A stretch of DNA of 64,000 nt, taken from Rhizobium sp. (lineage in GTDB: Bacteria > Pseudomonadota > Alphaproteobacteria > Rhizobiales > Rhizobiaceae). The position numbers and the translations under genes were made by a program. The stretch is from the NCBI GenBank assembly GCA_028290545.1, contig JAQGJP010000041.1:28899-92898 (forward strand). Direction: 5' to 3'. A model generated the notes under the pieces. That model did no database searches and was not told the origin of the DNA. It was given only the letters and a program-made list of their open reading frames with translations. Positions 37,523-48,459 of this stretch are shown here, in pieces (the first letter of the stretch is position 1; each line of letters begins with the position of its first letter).

Positions 37523-38557
37523 TTACACCCAGCCCATCAATTCGCGGCGAACCTGCGCTTCCAGCACGTTCATGCCGTCGTCGCTGTCGTTGAGGCAGGG
37601 GATGTGGGCGAATTTCTCGCCGCCATTGTGCAGGAAGGATTCCCTGGCCTGCTCGTCGATTTCCTCCAGCGTCTCCAGACAGTCCGAGACGAAGCCGGGG
37701 TTGAGCACAGCGATGCGCTTGACGCCGTCCCTGGCGAGGTGTTCCACCGTCTTGTCGGTATAGGGCTGCAGCCATTCTTCCGGCCCGAAGCGCGACTGGA
37801 AGGTAATCATCAGTTTCCTGGCATCCCAGCCCAGTCGTTCGCGCAGCAGTCGGGCGGTCTTCTGGCAGTGACAGTAATAGGGGTCGCCCTTGTCGAAATA
37901 CGATTGCGGAATGCCGTGGAAGGAGGCGATCACCACGTCCGGCTGCCAGTCGAGCGTCGACAGATGGGTTGTGATCGAATTCGCGAGCGCCTCGATATAG
38001 GCGGGATGATCGTGATAGGGCGGTACGGTTCGCAATGCCGGCTGCCAGCGCATCGCCTTCAGCGCATCGAAAGCCTTGTCGTTGACCGTCGCCGTGGTCG
38101 CGGCGGCATATTGTGGATAGAGCGGAAACAGCAGGATGCGGTCGCAGCCCCGCGCCTTGAGGACATCGAGTTTCTCGGCGATCGACGGCTGGCCGTAGCG
38201 CATGCCCCAATCGACGATGACATCCGGAAAGTCCTTCAGGCGCTCGGCCATTTTCTCGGCCTGCGAACGGGTATAGGTGCGCAGATAGCTCTCGTCGCGT
38301 TCCTTGTTCCAGATCAGCTCATAGGCCTTGCCGATCTTTTGCGGACGCCGGTTGAGCACGATGCCGAACAGGATCGGATACCATTTCCACCGCGACCATT
38401 CGATCACCCGGCGGTCCATCAGGAATTCCTTGAGATAGCGCCGCATGGATGCGTAGTCGGTGCCGTCGGGCGTGCCGAGATTGACCAGCAGAACGCCCAC
38501 CTTGCCCGATTTCACCGGAGGATGCTTGGCGGGAAAAGGCGTCGCTGGAGCTGTCAT
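37523..38557 (-). CDS. hemH: Ferrochelatase
   Basis: LVNLGTP, PLYPQY, SFHGIP, FQSRFG and DCLETLEEI motifs. Confidence 0.97.
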   Translation of the reverse strand: MTAPATPFPAKHPPVKSGKVGVLLVNLGTPDGTDYASMRRYLKEFLMDRRVIEWSRWKWYPILFGIVLNRRPQKIGKAYELIWNKERDESYLRTYTRSQAEKMAERLKDFPDVIVDWGMRYGQPSIAEKLDVLKARGCDRILLFPLYPQYAAATTATVNDKAFDALKAMRWQPALRTVPPYHDHPAYIEALANSITTHLSTLDWQPDVVIASFHGIPQSYFDKGDPYYCHCQKTARLLRERLGWDARKLMITFQSRFGPEEWLQPYTDKTVEHLARDGVKRIAVLNPGFVSDCLETLEEIDEQARESFLHNGGEKFAHIPCLNDSDDGMNVLEAQVRRELMGWV

Positions 38558-38626
38558 GATCGGTCCTTTGTTTTCGTTCTTCTACGCGTCCGGCGTCGAG
38601 ACGGATGAAGTGATCTCCGCATATAG

Positions 38627-38657
38627 AAATAAACAACGGCCCGGCAAGGCCGGGCCG
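38627..38657 (-). terminator. Rho-independent terminator after the 5'-nucleotidase gene
   Basis: CGGCCCGGC-AAG-GCCGGGCCG hairpin followed by a T-rich run on the minus strand. Confidence 0.65.
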
Positions 38658-38680
38658 CTGGGATCAATCGACGCAATAGC

Positions 38681-40699
38681 TTACTTGGCGGGAACGACCA
38701 GTTCCGCACCGATATGCAGCGCGCGAGGGCGCATATCCTTGTTGGCATCGGCCAGCGTCTTCCACTCGGCGCCGCTGCCATAGAACTGCTTGGCGAGATC
38801 CCAATAGGTGTCGCCCTTGGCAATCACATGCTTGGCCTCCTTGATGGCGGACTGCTCATCACCCGAGATGGTCGGCTTGGCAGCGCTATCGTCGGTCTTT
38901 GCCGACTGCTCCGCATCGCCGGAATTGGCAGGCGCATTCTTGGTGTCGGTCACCTTGGGGGCTTCCTTGGCAAGCTCCTGCGAGCCAGCCGGAAGATCGG
39001 GTGTCGTCACCGGCTTGGCCGATGCATCGTTGGCGCTGTCGGCCGTATCCGAGGATGTTTTCGTTTCAGCATCCGCCGTTTTTGCCATGTCGGCGCTGGC
39101 GACCGTAATGCGGCCATCGAGATAGGGCTTGTAGGGCGAGTGCTTGCCGATATAGGCCGCAAGCGTATCTTCCAGGCTCGGGCCGTAGTCGTAGGCGTTG
39201 ATAGCCTTGTCGCGGAACACGACGTAACCATCGCCGCCCTGGCGGGTGTAGTTGTTGGCAACCACGCCATAGGTCTTGTTCGGGTCGAGCGCCACAAACT
39301 TGCCGCCGTCATTGACCTCGACCGAGACGACGCGGCTACCCGCCGGCTTCTTGGGATCGAATGTGTACTTGATACCGGCGACCTGCGGGAAGCGGCCCGC
39401 GCCTTCCTCGATCTGGCTCAGGCCGCTTTCCAGCGCGGCCACGACGTCCGAGCCCTTGAGCTGGAATGTGGCGAGACTGTTTTGGAACGGAAGCACCGTC
39501 AGCACTTCGCCCATCGACACGTCACCGCCGTCGATCGAAGCGCGCAGGCCGCCGCCATTGGCAAAGGCGATCTGGATGCCCTGATCCTTGACGTGGTCGA
39601 GCATGGCATCGGCCACCAGGTTGCCCATTTCGCATTCCTTGGCACGGCAGGTTTCGCGTGAACCGTCGATCGGGCCGGCAGATGACCCGATGACCTTCTG
39701 CTTCAGGGCTTCGATCGGGCCACCGAGTTCCTTGATGCGTGCGGCCAGCACAGGATCCGGCTTGAAGGAGGAATCAATCAGGATCGGGTCGCCCTTGGCG
39801 GATTTCACAACGCCATTGTCATCGAAGACGATGTCGATGTCGCCAAGATATTTGCTGTAGGATGCCGCCTGCACGACCGGCACTTTATATCCGCCGGGAT
39901 TGTCGACCATCGTCGGATAGGGACCGGCAGCGCTCTTGTCGGTGTTGGACAGCAGGGTGTGTGAATGGCCGCCGACCACGACATCGACGTCCGGAATCTT
40001 GGCAATCACCGCGAGATCGCGGGGATAGCCGACATGGGTGAGCGCGATGATCTTGTTGACGCCCTGCGCTTTGAGCTTCTGGACTTCGTCCGAAATCGCC
40101 TTGTCGTCGATGCCGATCATGATTTCCGGACCGGGGGTCGCAAGCTCTTCGGTATCGTTGGCGACCGCGCCGACGATACCGATCTTCTGGCCGCCGACCG
40201 TCAGGACCAGTGAGGGGACGATCTTGTCTTTGACCTTGGATTTGAAGCTCGCCAGTACGTTGGCGGTAACGACCGGGAACTGCACCTTGTCGAGAAAGAC
40301 CTTCAGCCCATCCTCGCCGTCGTCGAATTCATGATTGCCGACGGTCATGGCGTCGAATTTCATGGCGTTGAGCATTTCGGCTTCCACCGCACCCTTATAG
40401 GTGGTGTAGAACAGCGATCCCTGGAAATTGTCGCCGGCATTCAGCAGCAGGGTATTCTTGCCGGCAAGCGCGCCCCGGGTCTGGTCGATGGCGGCCTTCA
40501 GGCGGGCAGCGCCACCGAAGCATTCGTTCTTGCCTTCTTCCTCGGCCGAGCAGGTCGAGTCGAATTTGTTGATCGATTCAATGCGCGAGTGGAAATCGTT
40601 GATGTGCAGAATTGTCAGTTCATAATCGGCAAGTGCCGCACCGGCCGAAACCGCAAGTGCCGAAACGCTCATCAGTGCGATATTGAAAAAACGGGTCAT
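38681..40699 (-). CDS. Periplasmic 5'-nucleotidase (UshA-like) with C-terminal LysM domain
   Basis: ILHINDFHS, AGDNFQG, GNHEFD and GGHSH motifs; low-complexity linker, then HVIAKGDTYWDLA...LHIGAELVVP LysM. Confidence 0.92.
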   Translation of the reverse strand: MTRFFNIALMSVSALAVSAGAALADYELTILHINDFHSRIESINKFDSTCSAEEEGKNECFGGAARLKAAIDQTRGALAGKNTLLLNAGDNFQGSLFYTTYKGAVEAEMLNAMKFDAMTVGNHEFDDGEDGLKVFLDKVQFPVVTANVLASFKSKVKDKIVPSLVLTVGGQKIGIVGAVANDTEELATPGPEIMIGIDDKAISDEVQKLKAQGVNKIIALTHVGYPRDLAVIAKIPDVDVVVGGHSHTLLSNTDKSAAGPYPTMVDNPGGYKVPVVQAASYSKYLGDIDIVFDDNGVVKSAKGDPILIDSSFKPDPVLAARIKELGGPIEALKQKVIGSSAGPIDGSRETCRAKECEMGNLVADAMLDHVKDQGIQIAFANGGGLRASIDGGDVSMGEVLTVLPFQNSLATFQLKGSDVVAALESGLSQIEEGAGRFPQVAGIKYTFDPKKPAGSRVVSVEVNDGGKFVALDPNKTYGVVANNYTRQGGDGYVVFRDKAINAYDYGPSLEDTLAAYIGKHSPYKPYLDGRITVASADMAKTADAETKTSSDTADSANDASAKPVTTPDLPAGSQELAKEAPKVTDTKNAPANSGDAEQSAKTDDSAAKPTISGDEQSAIKEAKHVIAKGDTYWDLAKQFYGSGAEWKTLADANKDMRPRALHIGAELVVPAK

Positions 40700-40840
40700 G
40701 ATGTTCTCCTTCCTAATCCAATAGTCATTGCATGCCGGTTTACCCGGCACTGTGACAGGCGCCTGTTAAAGCCATATCACGCCGGTGGGCTTCGACGTGT
40801 CGGAATCGAGATCGAAAGTGACGCGTGACGCGCCTTTGGA

Positions 40841-41224
40841 TTATTGCGTCGCAACCAGGTTGGACTTGCGGGCCAGCGAGAACTGCGCGCCGGAATCGGC
40901 GGTGCAATTGAGCTGCGCGGGCGAAATCATGGCGCAATTGACCTTGGACTGCTTGTTCTGAACATGCGAGACCATGCTGATTTCATAAAGATTGTTGCCG
41001 GGCAACTTGACATAGGTGCCCGATGCCAAAAGCTGGTTGGTGTCGGTGGTGCGGGTATTGAAATTGCCCGCCTGGAAGGTGGAAACCAGGCCATTCGGGT
41101 CGCTCCAGTTGCCATCTATGGAAACGGGAGTCGCCGGCGCATCAGGCAACGGACGGTCGCGTTCCGTCGTGCAGGAGGCAAGAGCTGCGGCAGCGATCAG
41201 AGCCGGAATGGCGAATTTCTTCAT
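40841..41224 (-). CDS. omp10: Outer-membrane lipoprotein Omp10-like
   Basis: Lipobox LASC; GNWSDPNG, TRTTDTNQLLASG and two Cys. Confidence 0.8.
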   Translation of the reverse strand: MKKFAIPALIAAAALASCTTERDRPLPDAPATPVSIDGNWSDPNGLVSTFQAGNFNTRTTDTNQLLASGTYVKLPGNNLYEISMVSHVQNKQSKVNCAMISPAQLNCTADSGAQFSLARKSNLVATQ

Positions 41225-41409
41225 ATCGATCTCCCATCAGGCCGTCGAGAAGCTGAACCCGGCCGGCGTCTTCGTCGATATTATTTTGACGCCATTCCAA
41301 AGTGAAAGCAAGGCATTGGCGCGCATCATTCGGTGTAAGAGACATGAATGCAACAGAAAACCCGCGCGGCTGGACGCGCGGGTTCGGTAAGGTTGAATTG
41401 CCGGCCTGG

Positions 41410-42855
41410 TTAGCGAACCAGGGTGTTGCGGAACTGCCAGGGATCGGATGTATCCAGATCCTCGGAAAACAGGCCCGGGCGCCCGTCAAGCGGCGTCCAG
41501 TCGGTATAATGGCCTTCGACCGGGCCGAGATAGGGGTTCTGGATCTCCAGGCAGCGCTTGTAATCCATTTCGTCGGTCTCGACGATGCCGGCGGCCGGGT
41601 TTTCGAGCGCCCAGACCATGCCTGCGAGAACGGCCGATGTGACCTGCATGCCCGTGGCGTTCTGGTAAGGTGCCAGCTTGCGCGCTTCCTCCAGCGACAG
41701 CCGCGAGCCATACCAATAGGCATTCTTCTCATGGCCGTAGAGCAGCACGCCGAGTTCGTCGATGCCGTCCACCAGCTCTTTTTCGTCGAGCACATGCTGA
41801 ACCGGCTGGGCGTTGCCGCCATTGCCGAACATCTCCTGCAGCGACAACACCGCGTCATTGGACGGATGGTAGGCGTAATGGCAGGTAGGGCGATACGTCA
41901 CATCGTCGCTCTTGTCGCGGACCGTGAAATAATCGGCGATCGAGATCGCTTCATTGTGCGTGACAAGGAAGCCGTACTGGGGGCCAGGCGTCGGGCACCA
42001 GGTGCGGACACGGGTATTGGCGCCGGGTTGCTCGATATAAATCGCCCCCTTGTGGCCCTTCTTGAACTCCTTGGCGTTCTTGGGCATCCAGTTTTCGTGA
42101 GTGCCCCAGCCGAGTTCGGCAGGCTGCAGGCCTTCGGAGATGAAGCCTTCGACCGACCAGGTGTTCCAAAACACGTTCAGCGGCTTGTGGTTTTTGCTGC
42201 GCTGGGTGTCGCGCTCGGCGATGTGGATGCCCTTGACGCCGGCTTTCTTCATCAGCTTGGCCCAGCCTGCGCGATCGTCCTGCGACGGCTCCTCGAATTT
42301 CATGCCGATCTCATTGGCGAGATTGACGAGCGCCTGCTTGACAAACCACGAAACCATGCCGGGATTTGCACCGCAGCAGGATACCGCGGTCGCGCCGCCG
42401 GGATTCTTGGCTTTTTCGGCGCGGACGGTCTCGCGCAACGCATAGTTGGTGCGGGAAGCGTTGTCCTTGTCCTTGTCGAAATAAAAACCCAGCCATGGCT
42501 CGACAACGGTGTCGATATAGAGAGCATCGACCTTGCGGCACAGCTTCATGATGTCGAGCGAGGACGTATCGACAGAGAGATTGACGCAGAAGCCCTGACC
42601 GCCGCCTTCCGTCAGAAGCGGCTTCAGGAGGGTCTTGTAGTTCTCCTCGGTGACATGCGCCTGAATGAACTTGATGCCATGCTTCTTGAGCAGCTTTGCA
42701 TTTTCATCGCGCGGGTCGATGACCACCATCCGGCTTTTGTCGAACTTAAAGTGACGCTCGATGAGGGGTAAAGTACCACGTCCGATCGAGCCAAAGCCGA
42801 TCATCACGATCGGGCCAGTGATTTCGCCATATACCGGATAGTTCTGTTCATTCAT
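41410..42855 (-). CDS. hss: Homospermidine synthase
   Basis: IGFGSIG, CCGANPG, NTWSVEG, THNEA and QNATGMQV motifs. Confidence 0.96.
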   Translation of the reverse strand: MNEQNYPVYGEITGPIVMIGFGSIGRGTLPLIERHFKFDKSRMVVIDPRDENAKLLKKHGIKFIQAHVTEENYKTLLKPLLTEGGGQGFCVNLSVDTSSLDIMKLCRKVDALYIDTVVEPWLGFYFDKDKDNASRTNYALRETVRAEKAKNPGGATAVSCCGANPGMVSWFVKQALVNLANEIGMKFEEPSQDDRAGWAKLMKKAGVKGIHIAERDTQRSKNHKPLNVFWNTWSVEGFISEGLQPAELGWGTHENWMPKNAKEFKKGHKGAIYIEQPGANTRVRTWCPTPGPQYGFLVTHNEAISIADYFTVRDKSDDVTYRPTCHYAYHPSNDAVLSLQEMFGNGGNAQPVQHVLDEKELVDGIDELGVLLYGHEKNAYWYGSRLSLEEARKLAPYQNATGMQVTSAVLAGMVWALENPAAGIVETDEMDYKRCLEIQNPYLGPVEGHYTDWTPLDGRPGLFSEDLDTSDPWQFRNTLVR

Positions 42856-42975
42856 TTAGGGAAGCACTCCTATTTTACATCTGGATAATTTCACTAACCA
42901 CAGTTTCCTGTCACAATAAAGCGGATTCAACCCCGCCATGTGACGGTTTTGTGACAGCTAAACCTTTGGGATAGG

Positions 42976-43863
42976 CTATTTGTTTGCACGCAGATAGGCG
43001 AGCAGCGCATTCTTCTTGCTGACCATGCCCTTATAGGCGAGCTGCTCGGGCGTCAGCCCTTCGAGCCGGGCGGCGAGGGTTTTGGCGGTTTGCGAACCGC
43101 CCGGCAGAGCTTTCAACACGCCAATCGGATCCGAATAAATGCGGATGGTGAAGACGATATTGCCAGTCTCCGGCAGGCGTCGAAGCGTCTGGCGTTCGAT
43201 CCGGATGAAATTGCTGGCGGGCGTGAATGGCCGGCCTTCCATGCGCGCACCACGCTCCGGCGGCCAGAACAGATCGCCTGAAGGATAGATCGACCAGTTC
43301 ATCCGCACCGCCGGCAGGTCCGGCTGGAGATTGTCGAAAATGCGGTTGATCATCATGGCATTGCGGGTGCCGCCTTCAAACCCGGGAACATGCGCATGAA
43401 CGCCTTCCATAGGCAGTCCGGCTTTCTCCGGCAGCGACCAGGCGGACGGGAAGGCGACGTAGCCCGCGGTGAGATGCCAGCCGGTGTCACGCTTCTGGAG
43501 GATGACCAGATCGTCCTGCACCAACGATCCGGCTTTCAGCAGCGGCAGTGTCGCGGGGTCGGCCAGGTCGATGGTCCGGCCGGCGAATTGCACCGTATCT
43601 CCGTGGCGCTTATAGATATGGCCGTGCCGGTCGAGAAGATGGTTGACGACGATCTCCAGACATTCCTGCTGTGCCGCATGGGATGTGTCCTCGGAATAGA
43701 AGATCTCACTGAAATGATCGCTAGCGAGGCGATCCTTTTCAGCGAGGAATGCATTCAGGTCACCATCCGGCTCGATCCATTTGTCGGGATCCAATGCCGT
43801 GAGCCCGATGGAGAATGGCTTGGTAGTGTCGTCATAGGGCGTATAGACAGGCGCGCTGGTCAA
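42976..43863 (-). CDS. DUF3445 / heme-dependent oxidative N-demethylase alpha-subunit-like protein
   Basis: VQDDL, FPSAWSL, VHAHVPG, RMNWS, RIERQTLRRLP and FTIR motifs. Confidence 0.85.
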   Translation of the reverse strand: MTSAPVYTPYDDTTKPFSIGLTALDPDKWIEPDGDLNAFLAEKDRLASDHFSEIFYSEDTSHAAQQECLEIVVNHLLDRHGHIYKRHGDTVQFAGRTIDLADPATLPLLKAGSLVQDDLVILQKRDTGWHLTAGYVAFPSAWSLPEKAGLPMEGVHAHVPGFEGGTRNAMMINRIFDNLQPDLPAVRMNWSIYPSGDLFWPPERGARMEGRPFTPASNFIRIERQTLRRLPETGNIVFTIRIYSDPIGVLKALPGGSQTAKTLAARLEGLTPEQLAYKGMVSKKNALLAYLRANK

Positions 43864-43879
43864 TCGCGAATGCTCCCGC

Positions 43880-44164
43880 TCAGGCTTTGAGGATTTCGGC
43901 GCCCGGTGCCACGGTCGTGAAGGCGACTTCGGTAATGTCGTATTGGGCGATGCCGTGGACCACGAAGGGATCGGTGGCGCAGAAGGCGTCCATCGCCGCC
44001 CGCTCGCCCCTGGCCAGGATCAGCCCGCCGGTGCGCGGCACCTTGCGGCCGGAGGCAATGAACAGGCCGTCATCATAGCCTTTCTTCACCCATTCCATGT
44101 GGGCGTTCATCTGTTCGTCGGCCTTTTCAAGCGGGGCGATATAGGTGAGGGATAGGATGAGCAT
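43880..44164 (-). CDS. YciI-family protein
   Basis: [15 protein letters not shown] and DPF motifs; start ATG 44164. Confidence 0.88.
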   Translation of the reverse strand: MLILSLTYIAPLEKADEQMNAHMEWVKKGYDDGLFIASGRKVPRTGGLILARGERAAMDAFCATDPFVVHGIAQYDITEVAFTTVAPGAEILKA

Positions 44165-44285
44165 GAGGGACCCTTCAAATTGCCGCCGGAAACTAGCATT
44201 CCCGATCCGGAATGCAAGTTTGCGCGGTGAACTGTCATGGCGAAACGATTGCTCTTTGCAGTCAAAAGCGTTATTTCCCGGCCCC

Positions 44286-45230
44286 ATGAACGAACAGACC
44301 ACTCTTTCCGACAACACTGCGACGAGCCCCTATCTGGTGGCCGCGCTCTATCATTTTGTCTCCTTTCCGCGTTTCCGCAATATCCGCGATCCCTTGCAGG
44401 CGCTGTGCGAGGCAAACGATGTGCGCGGCACGCTGCTGCTGGCGCATGAGGGCATCAACGGCACGATCGCCGGGCCGGATGCCGGCGTGATGACCGTGCT
44501 CGGTTTCCTGCGCGGCCTGCCGGAATTTTCCGGCCTCGGACACAAGGAAAGCCGTGCTTCGAAGGCTCCCTTCCTGCGAATGAAGGTGAAGCTCAAGAAA
44601 GAGATCGTCACCATGGGCGTCGAGGATATCGATCCGACGCGCGTTGTCGGCACCTATGTCAGCCCACGTGACTGGAATGCGCTGATCACCGACCCGGACA
44701 TGATCGTCATCGACACCCGCAACGACTATGAAACCGCGCTGGGCACTTTCCAGGGCGCGGTCGATCCCGATATCAAGACATTCCGCGATTTTCCCGACTG
44801 GGTGAAGTCCAGTGAGGGGCTGCACAACAAAAAGAAGATCGCCATGTATTGCACCGGCGGCATCCGTTGCGAAAAAGCGACAGCCTATATGAAGGAGCAG
44901 GGCTTCGAAGAGGTCTACCACCTCAAGGGAGGCATCCTGAAATACCTCGAAGAGGTGCCGGCGGAGGAAAGCCTCTGGGAAGGGGCCTGCTTCGTGTTCG
45001 ACGAGCGCGTCTCGGTGGTTCAGGGACTGGAGCAGGGCGACCACAAGCTCTGCCGCGCCTGCCGTCATCCACTGACACCGGACGATCTGGCTTCGTCATT
45101 GTATGAAGCCGGCGTCTCCTGTCCGCAATGCCACGAGGTTCGCAGCGACGACGACCGCATGCGCTTCCGTGAACGCGAAAAGCAGGCGAGACTCGCAAGA
45201 GAACGCGGGCAGAAACATCTGGGTTCATAA
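44286..45230 (+). CDS. trhO: tRNA uridine(34) hydroxylase, rhodanese-related
   Basis: [31 protein letters not shown] and CFVFDER motifs. Confidence 0.9.
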   Translation: MNEQTTLSDNTATSPYLVAALYHFVSFPRFRNIRDPLQALCEANDVRGTLLLAHEGINGTIAGPDAGVMTVLGFLRGLPEFSGLGHKESRASKAPFLRMKVKLKKEIVTMGVEDIDPTRVVGTYVSPRDWNALITDPDMIVIDTRNDYETALGTFQGAVDPDIKTFRDFPDWVKSSEGLHNKKKIAMYCTGGIRCEKATAYMKEQGFEEVYHLKGGILKYLEEVPAEESLWEGACFVFDERVSVVQGLEQGDHKLCRACRHPLTPDDLASSLYEAGVSCPQCHEVRSDDDRMRFREREKQARLARERGQKHLGS

Positions 45231-45248
45231 TTGGTTGAAGGAAAATCC

Positions 45249-46430
45249 ATGTTCGAAACACTGGTACTGCCGCCACCCGACAAGATCCTGAGCCTCTCGG
45301 TGCTCTATCGCAACGATCCGCGGCCGGAGAAAATGGATCTCGGCGTTGGCGTCTACAAGGACAAGGCCGGCGACACGCTGATCATGAAGGCGGTGCGCGA
45401 AGCCGAAAAGCGGCTCTATGACAGCCAGAAGACCAAGACCTATGTCGGCATGGGTGGCGATGAGGGCTTCAACAACGCGATGCTGAAGCTGGTGTTCGGC
45501 GCAGGTGCCGATCTCAGCCGGATGTTTGCCTGCCAGACGGCGGGCGGTTCCGGCGCGCTCCGGACGATTGCCGATCTGCTCAAGAGAGCGCGGCCGGACG
45601 CCACCGTCTGGCTTTCCGATCCGACCTGGGCCAATCATCAGCCGATCCTGACGGCGGCCGGTCTCAAGACTGCGATCTATCCCTATTTCGACGCGGCAAC
45701 CGGTCTCGTCAAATTCGAGGCTATGCTGGAAGGGCTGAGAAGCGCCAAGCCCGGCGATGTCGTGCTGCTGCATGGCTGCTGCCACAATCCCACCGGTGCC
45801 AATCTGACGCTGGAACAATGGGGGCCGGTGGCAGATCTGCTGGTCGAGCGCGATCTGTTTCCGTTTGTCGATCTGGCTTATCAGGGCTTTGGCGATGGCT
45901 TGGAGGAAGACGCGGCCTCGACCCGGCTCCTGGCATCGCGCGTGCCGGAAATGGCGATCGCCACCTCCTGCTCAAAGAATTTTTCGGTCTATCGCGATCG
46001 CGTCGGCGCGGTGATCCTGATGGGCAAGGATGCCGACAGCGTCAAGATTGCCGGCGCGCAGGCACTCAGCGTCACGCGCGTGCTGTATTCCATGCCGCCG
46101 GACCATGCCGCCGCCGCCGTCAGGATCGTGCTCGAGGACGATACGCTCCAAGCGGAATGGAAGGCCGAACTCGAAGAGATGCGGCTGAGAATGCTGAACC
46201 TGCGCAAGGGCTTTGCCGATGCGTTGCGCCAGCAGACCAACTCCGCGCGTTTCGACTTCATCGCCGAGCATCGTGGCATGTTCTCGCGGCTCGGCCTGAC
46301 GGAGGCACAGGTCAATCGGCTGCGCGACGAATTCGGCATCTACATGGTGGGCGACAGCCGCTTCAACGTCGCGGGTCTCAAGGAAGACCGGCTGGAAGAG
46401 CTGGCAAAGGCCGTGGTTGCGGTGCTTTAA
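45249..46430 (+). CDS. tyrB: Aromatic amino-acid/aspartate aminotransferase
   Basis: LGVGVYKD, HGCCHNPTG, DLAYQGFG and SCSKNF motifs. Confidence 0.9.
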   Translation: MFETLVLPPPDKILSLSVLYRNDPRPEKMDLGVGVYKDKAGDTLIMKAVREAEKRLYDSQKTKTYVGMGGDEGFNNAMLKLVFGAGADLSRMFACQTAGGSGALRTIADLLKRARPDATVWLSDPTWANHQPILTAAGLKTAIYPYFDAATGLVKFEAMLEGLRSAKPGDVVLLHGCCHNPTGANLTLEQWGPVADLLVERDLFPFVDLAYQGFGDGLEEDAASTRLLASRVPEMAIATSCSKNFSVYRDRVGAVILMGKDADSVKIAGAQALSVTRVLYSMPPDHAAAAVRIVLEDDTLQAEWKAELEEMRLRMLNLRKGFADALRQQTNSARFDFIAEHRGMFSRLGLTEAQVNRLRDEFGIYMVGDSRFNVAGLKEDRLEELAKAVVAVL

Positions 46431-46960
46431 CCGGGTTCTTCCATCCCATTGGCAAATGCGATCAGTGCGGTCGAGAGGCTCGACCGCATCTCCGGCGCGA
46501 TCAATATGCGTTCGATTTCATCCGGTTTCCTGCCGAGCAGATGAACGGCAATGCCGGTTTCCTGCATCAGCGCCACCGACATCGTTCGCAACACTTCCTG
46601 GAGCGCCGCGTGCGAAATGTCGTTGCGGCTGGACGCGCGCAGCAACATCACCGGTTTGTGCGGAATCTCTTGGCGCGACACCAGCCAGTCAAGCAGGTTC
46701 TTCAACCCGCCCGGAATGCCATGGGCATATTCCGGGCAGGAGATAATCAGTCCGTCGGCGGCACGGACTTTGGCGGCCAGATCCAGAACCGGCTGGGGAG
46801 TGAGTTCACCCTCGCGATCGGGATTGAAGATCGGCAGTTCGCCCAGACCGTCATAGAATTCAACGGCGATGCCGTCCGGTGCGGCTGAAGCCATCGCCCG
46901 CAGTAGCGCCGTGTTCGTGGATACGCGGCGCAGACTGCCTGAGATGGCCAGAAACCGCAT
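46427..46960 (-). CDS. NADPH-dependent FMN reductase family protein
   Basis: ISGSLR, PEYAHGIPGGLKNLLDW motifs. Confidence 0.9.
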   Translation of the reverse strand: MRFLAISGSLRRVSTNTALLRAMASAAPDGIAVEFYDGLGELPIFNPDREGELTPQPVLDLAAKVRAADGLIISCPEYAHGIPGGLKNLLDWLVSRQEIPHKPVMLLRASSRNDISHAALQEVLRTMSVALMQETGIAVHLLGRKPDEIERILIAPEMRSSLSTALIAFANGMEEPG

Positions 46961-46968
46961 CACCCGCT

Positions 46969-48351
46969 TCAGGCCGCTTTGGTCTTGAGAAAATTGCCCT
47001 TCGGGAATTCCTGCGCCAGTTCGCTATACCACTTGCCGCTGTTCTTGACCGTGCGGACCTGGGTTTCGTAATCGACATGAACGAGACCGAAGCGCATGCG
47101 GTAGCCTTCCGCCCATTCGAAATTGTCCATCAACGACCAGGCGAAATAACCGCGGAAGGGATATCCGTCGCGGATCAGGTCGGCGGTGACCGAAAGGTGA
47201 TCGGCGTAGTAATCGAGACGCGGCTGGTCATCGACCGTGCCGTCCGCACCGAGGCTCATATTGTAGGCCGCTCCGTTTTCGGTGATGTAGCATTCCGGCA
47301 GGTCGTACTTCGCGTAGAGATCCTTGACCACATGGCTGAGGCCCGACGAGTCGATTTCCCAGCCGATATCGGTTTTCTCCGGGTGTAAGAAGGGCGCGGA
47401 CACGCTGGCCGGATAGGCGGCATCGGGGTTTGGATCGGCCGCGACGCGGGCCGGCGTGTAATAGTTCAAGCCCCACCAGTCGATTTTCTGCGAGATGATC
47501 TTGAGGTCGCCGTCCTCGATCCTGGGCATGATCGGTTCGTATGCGTCGATCAGCGCCTGCGGGTATTGCCCCTTGAAGACCGGATCGAAGAATATGCCGT
47601 TGTGAAAGGTGTCTGTCCGGGCTGCGGCAGCCTTGTCCGCTTCGCTGTCGGAGGCCGGGATCACCGACATGGCATTGTAGACGATACCGACCGGCAGTTT
47701 CGGGGCTTCCGAGCGGATTGCCTCGACGCCGAGGCCGTGGGCAAGATTGGTGTAATGGGCCGCATGCAGTGCTGCCTGCATGTTTCGCTCGCCTGGCGCA
47801 TGAATGCCGAGCAGATGCGACAGGATCACCGAACACCAGGGCTCGTTGAAGGTCGCGACCGCGTCGAGACGATCGCCGAGCCGGCGGATCACCATCTGCG
47901 CATAGCGCTGGAAGGCGTAGGCGGTCGAGCGCGCCGTCCACCCGCCATCGCCCATCAGCGCCAGCGGCAGGTCCCAATGGTAGAGCGTCGCGAAGGTCTT
48001 GATGCCGCGCGCCTTGCAGCCATCGACGAGGCGATCGTAGAAATCGAGGCCTCTCTCGTTCAGCGGTCCCACGCCATCGGGATAGATACGCGGCCAGGCG
48101 ATGGAGAAGCGGTAAGCTTCGACGCCGAGTTCCTTGATCAGGTCGAGGTCTTCATCAAGGTGATTGTAATGATCGCAGGCGACATCGCCATTGTCGCGAT
48201 TGTGGACACGGCCGGGCATGTTGGAGAAGGCATCCCAGATGGAGGGCTTGCGGCCATCGGCCTTGGTGGCACCTTCAATCTGGAAGGCGGCGGTTGCCAC
48301 GCCAAACACAAAATCACCCGGGAAACGGGCGGCGAGAATCTTCGGATCCAT
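46969..48351 (-). CDS. abg: GH1 beta-glucosidase (Agrobacterium Abg-like)
   Basis: TFNEP acid/base, YITENG nucleophile and DNFEWAEGY motifs. Confidence 0.9.
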   Translation of the reverse strand: MDPKILAARFPGDFVFGVATAAFQIEGATKADGRKPSIWDAFSNMPGRVHNRDNGDVACDHYNHLDEDLDLIKELGVEAYRFSIAWPRIYPDGVGPLNERGLDFYDRLVDGCKARGIKTFATLYHWDLPLALMGDGGWTARSTAYAFQRYAQMVIRRLGDRLDAVATFNEPWCSVILSHLLGIHAPGERNMQAALHAAHYTNLAHGLGVEAIRSEAPKLPVGIVYNAMSVIPASDSEADKAAAARTDTFHNGIFFDPVFKGQYPQALIDAYEPIMPRIEDGDLKIISQKIDWWGLNYYTPARVAADPNPDAAYPASVSAPFLHPEKTDIGWEIDSSGLSHVVKDLYAKYDLPECYITENGAAYNMSLGADGTVDDQPRLDYYADHLSVTADLIRDGYPFRGYFAWSLMDNFEWAEGYRMRFGLVHVDYETQVRTVKNSGKWYSELAQEFPKGNFLKTKAA

Positions 48352-48459
48352 GATGAAGCCTTTTTTAAGTTCCTTAACGCCGCATAAAGTTTTTAATCTA
48401 TTGAAAACAGGCGGCGAGGGTTTCTATCCCCGCCGCTCCTCCAGCGCAAGCAGGTTTTC

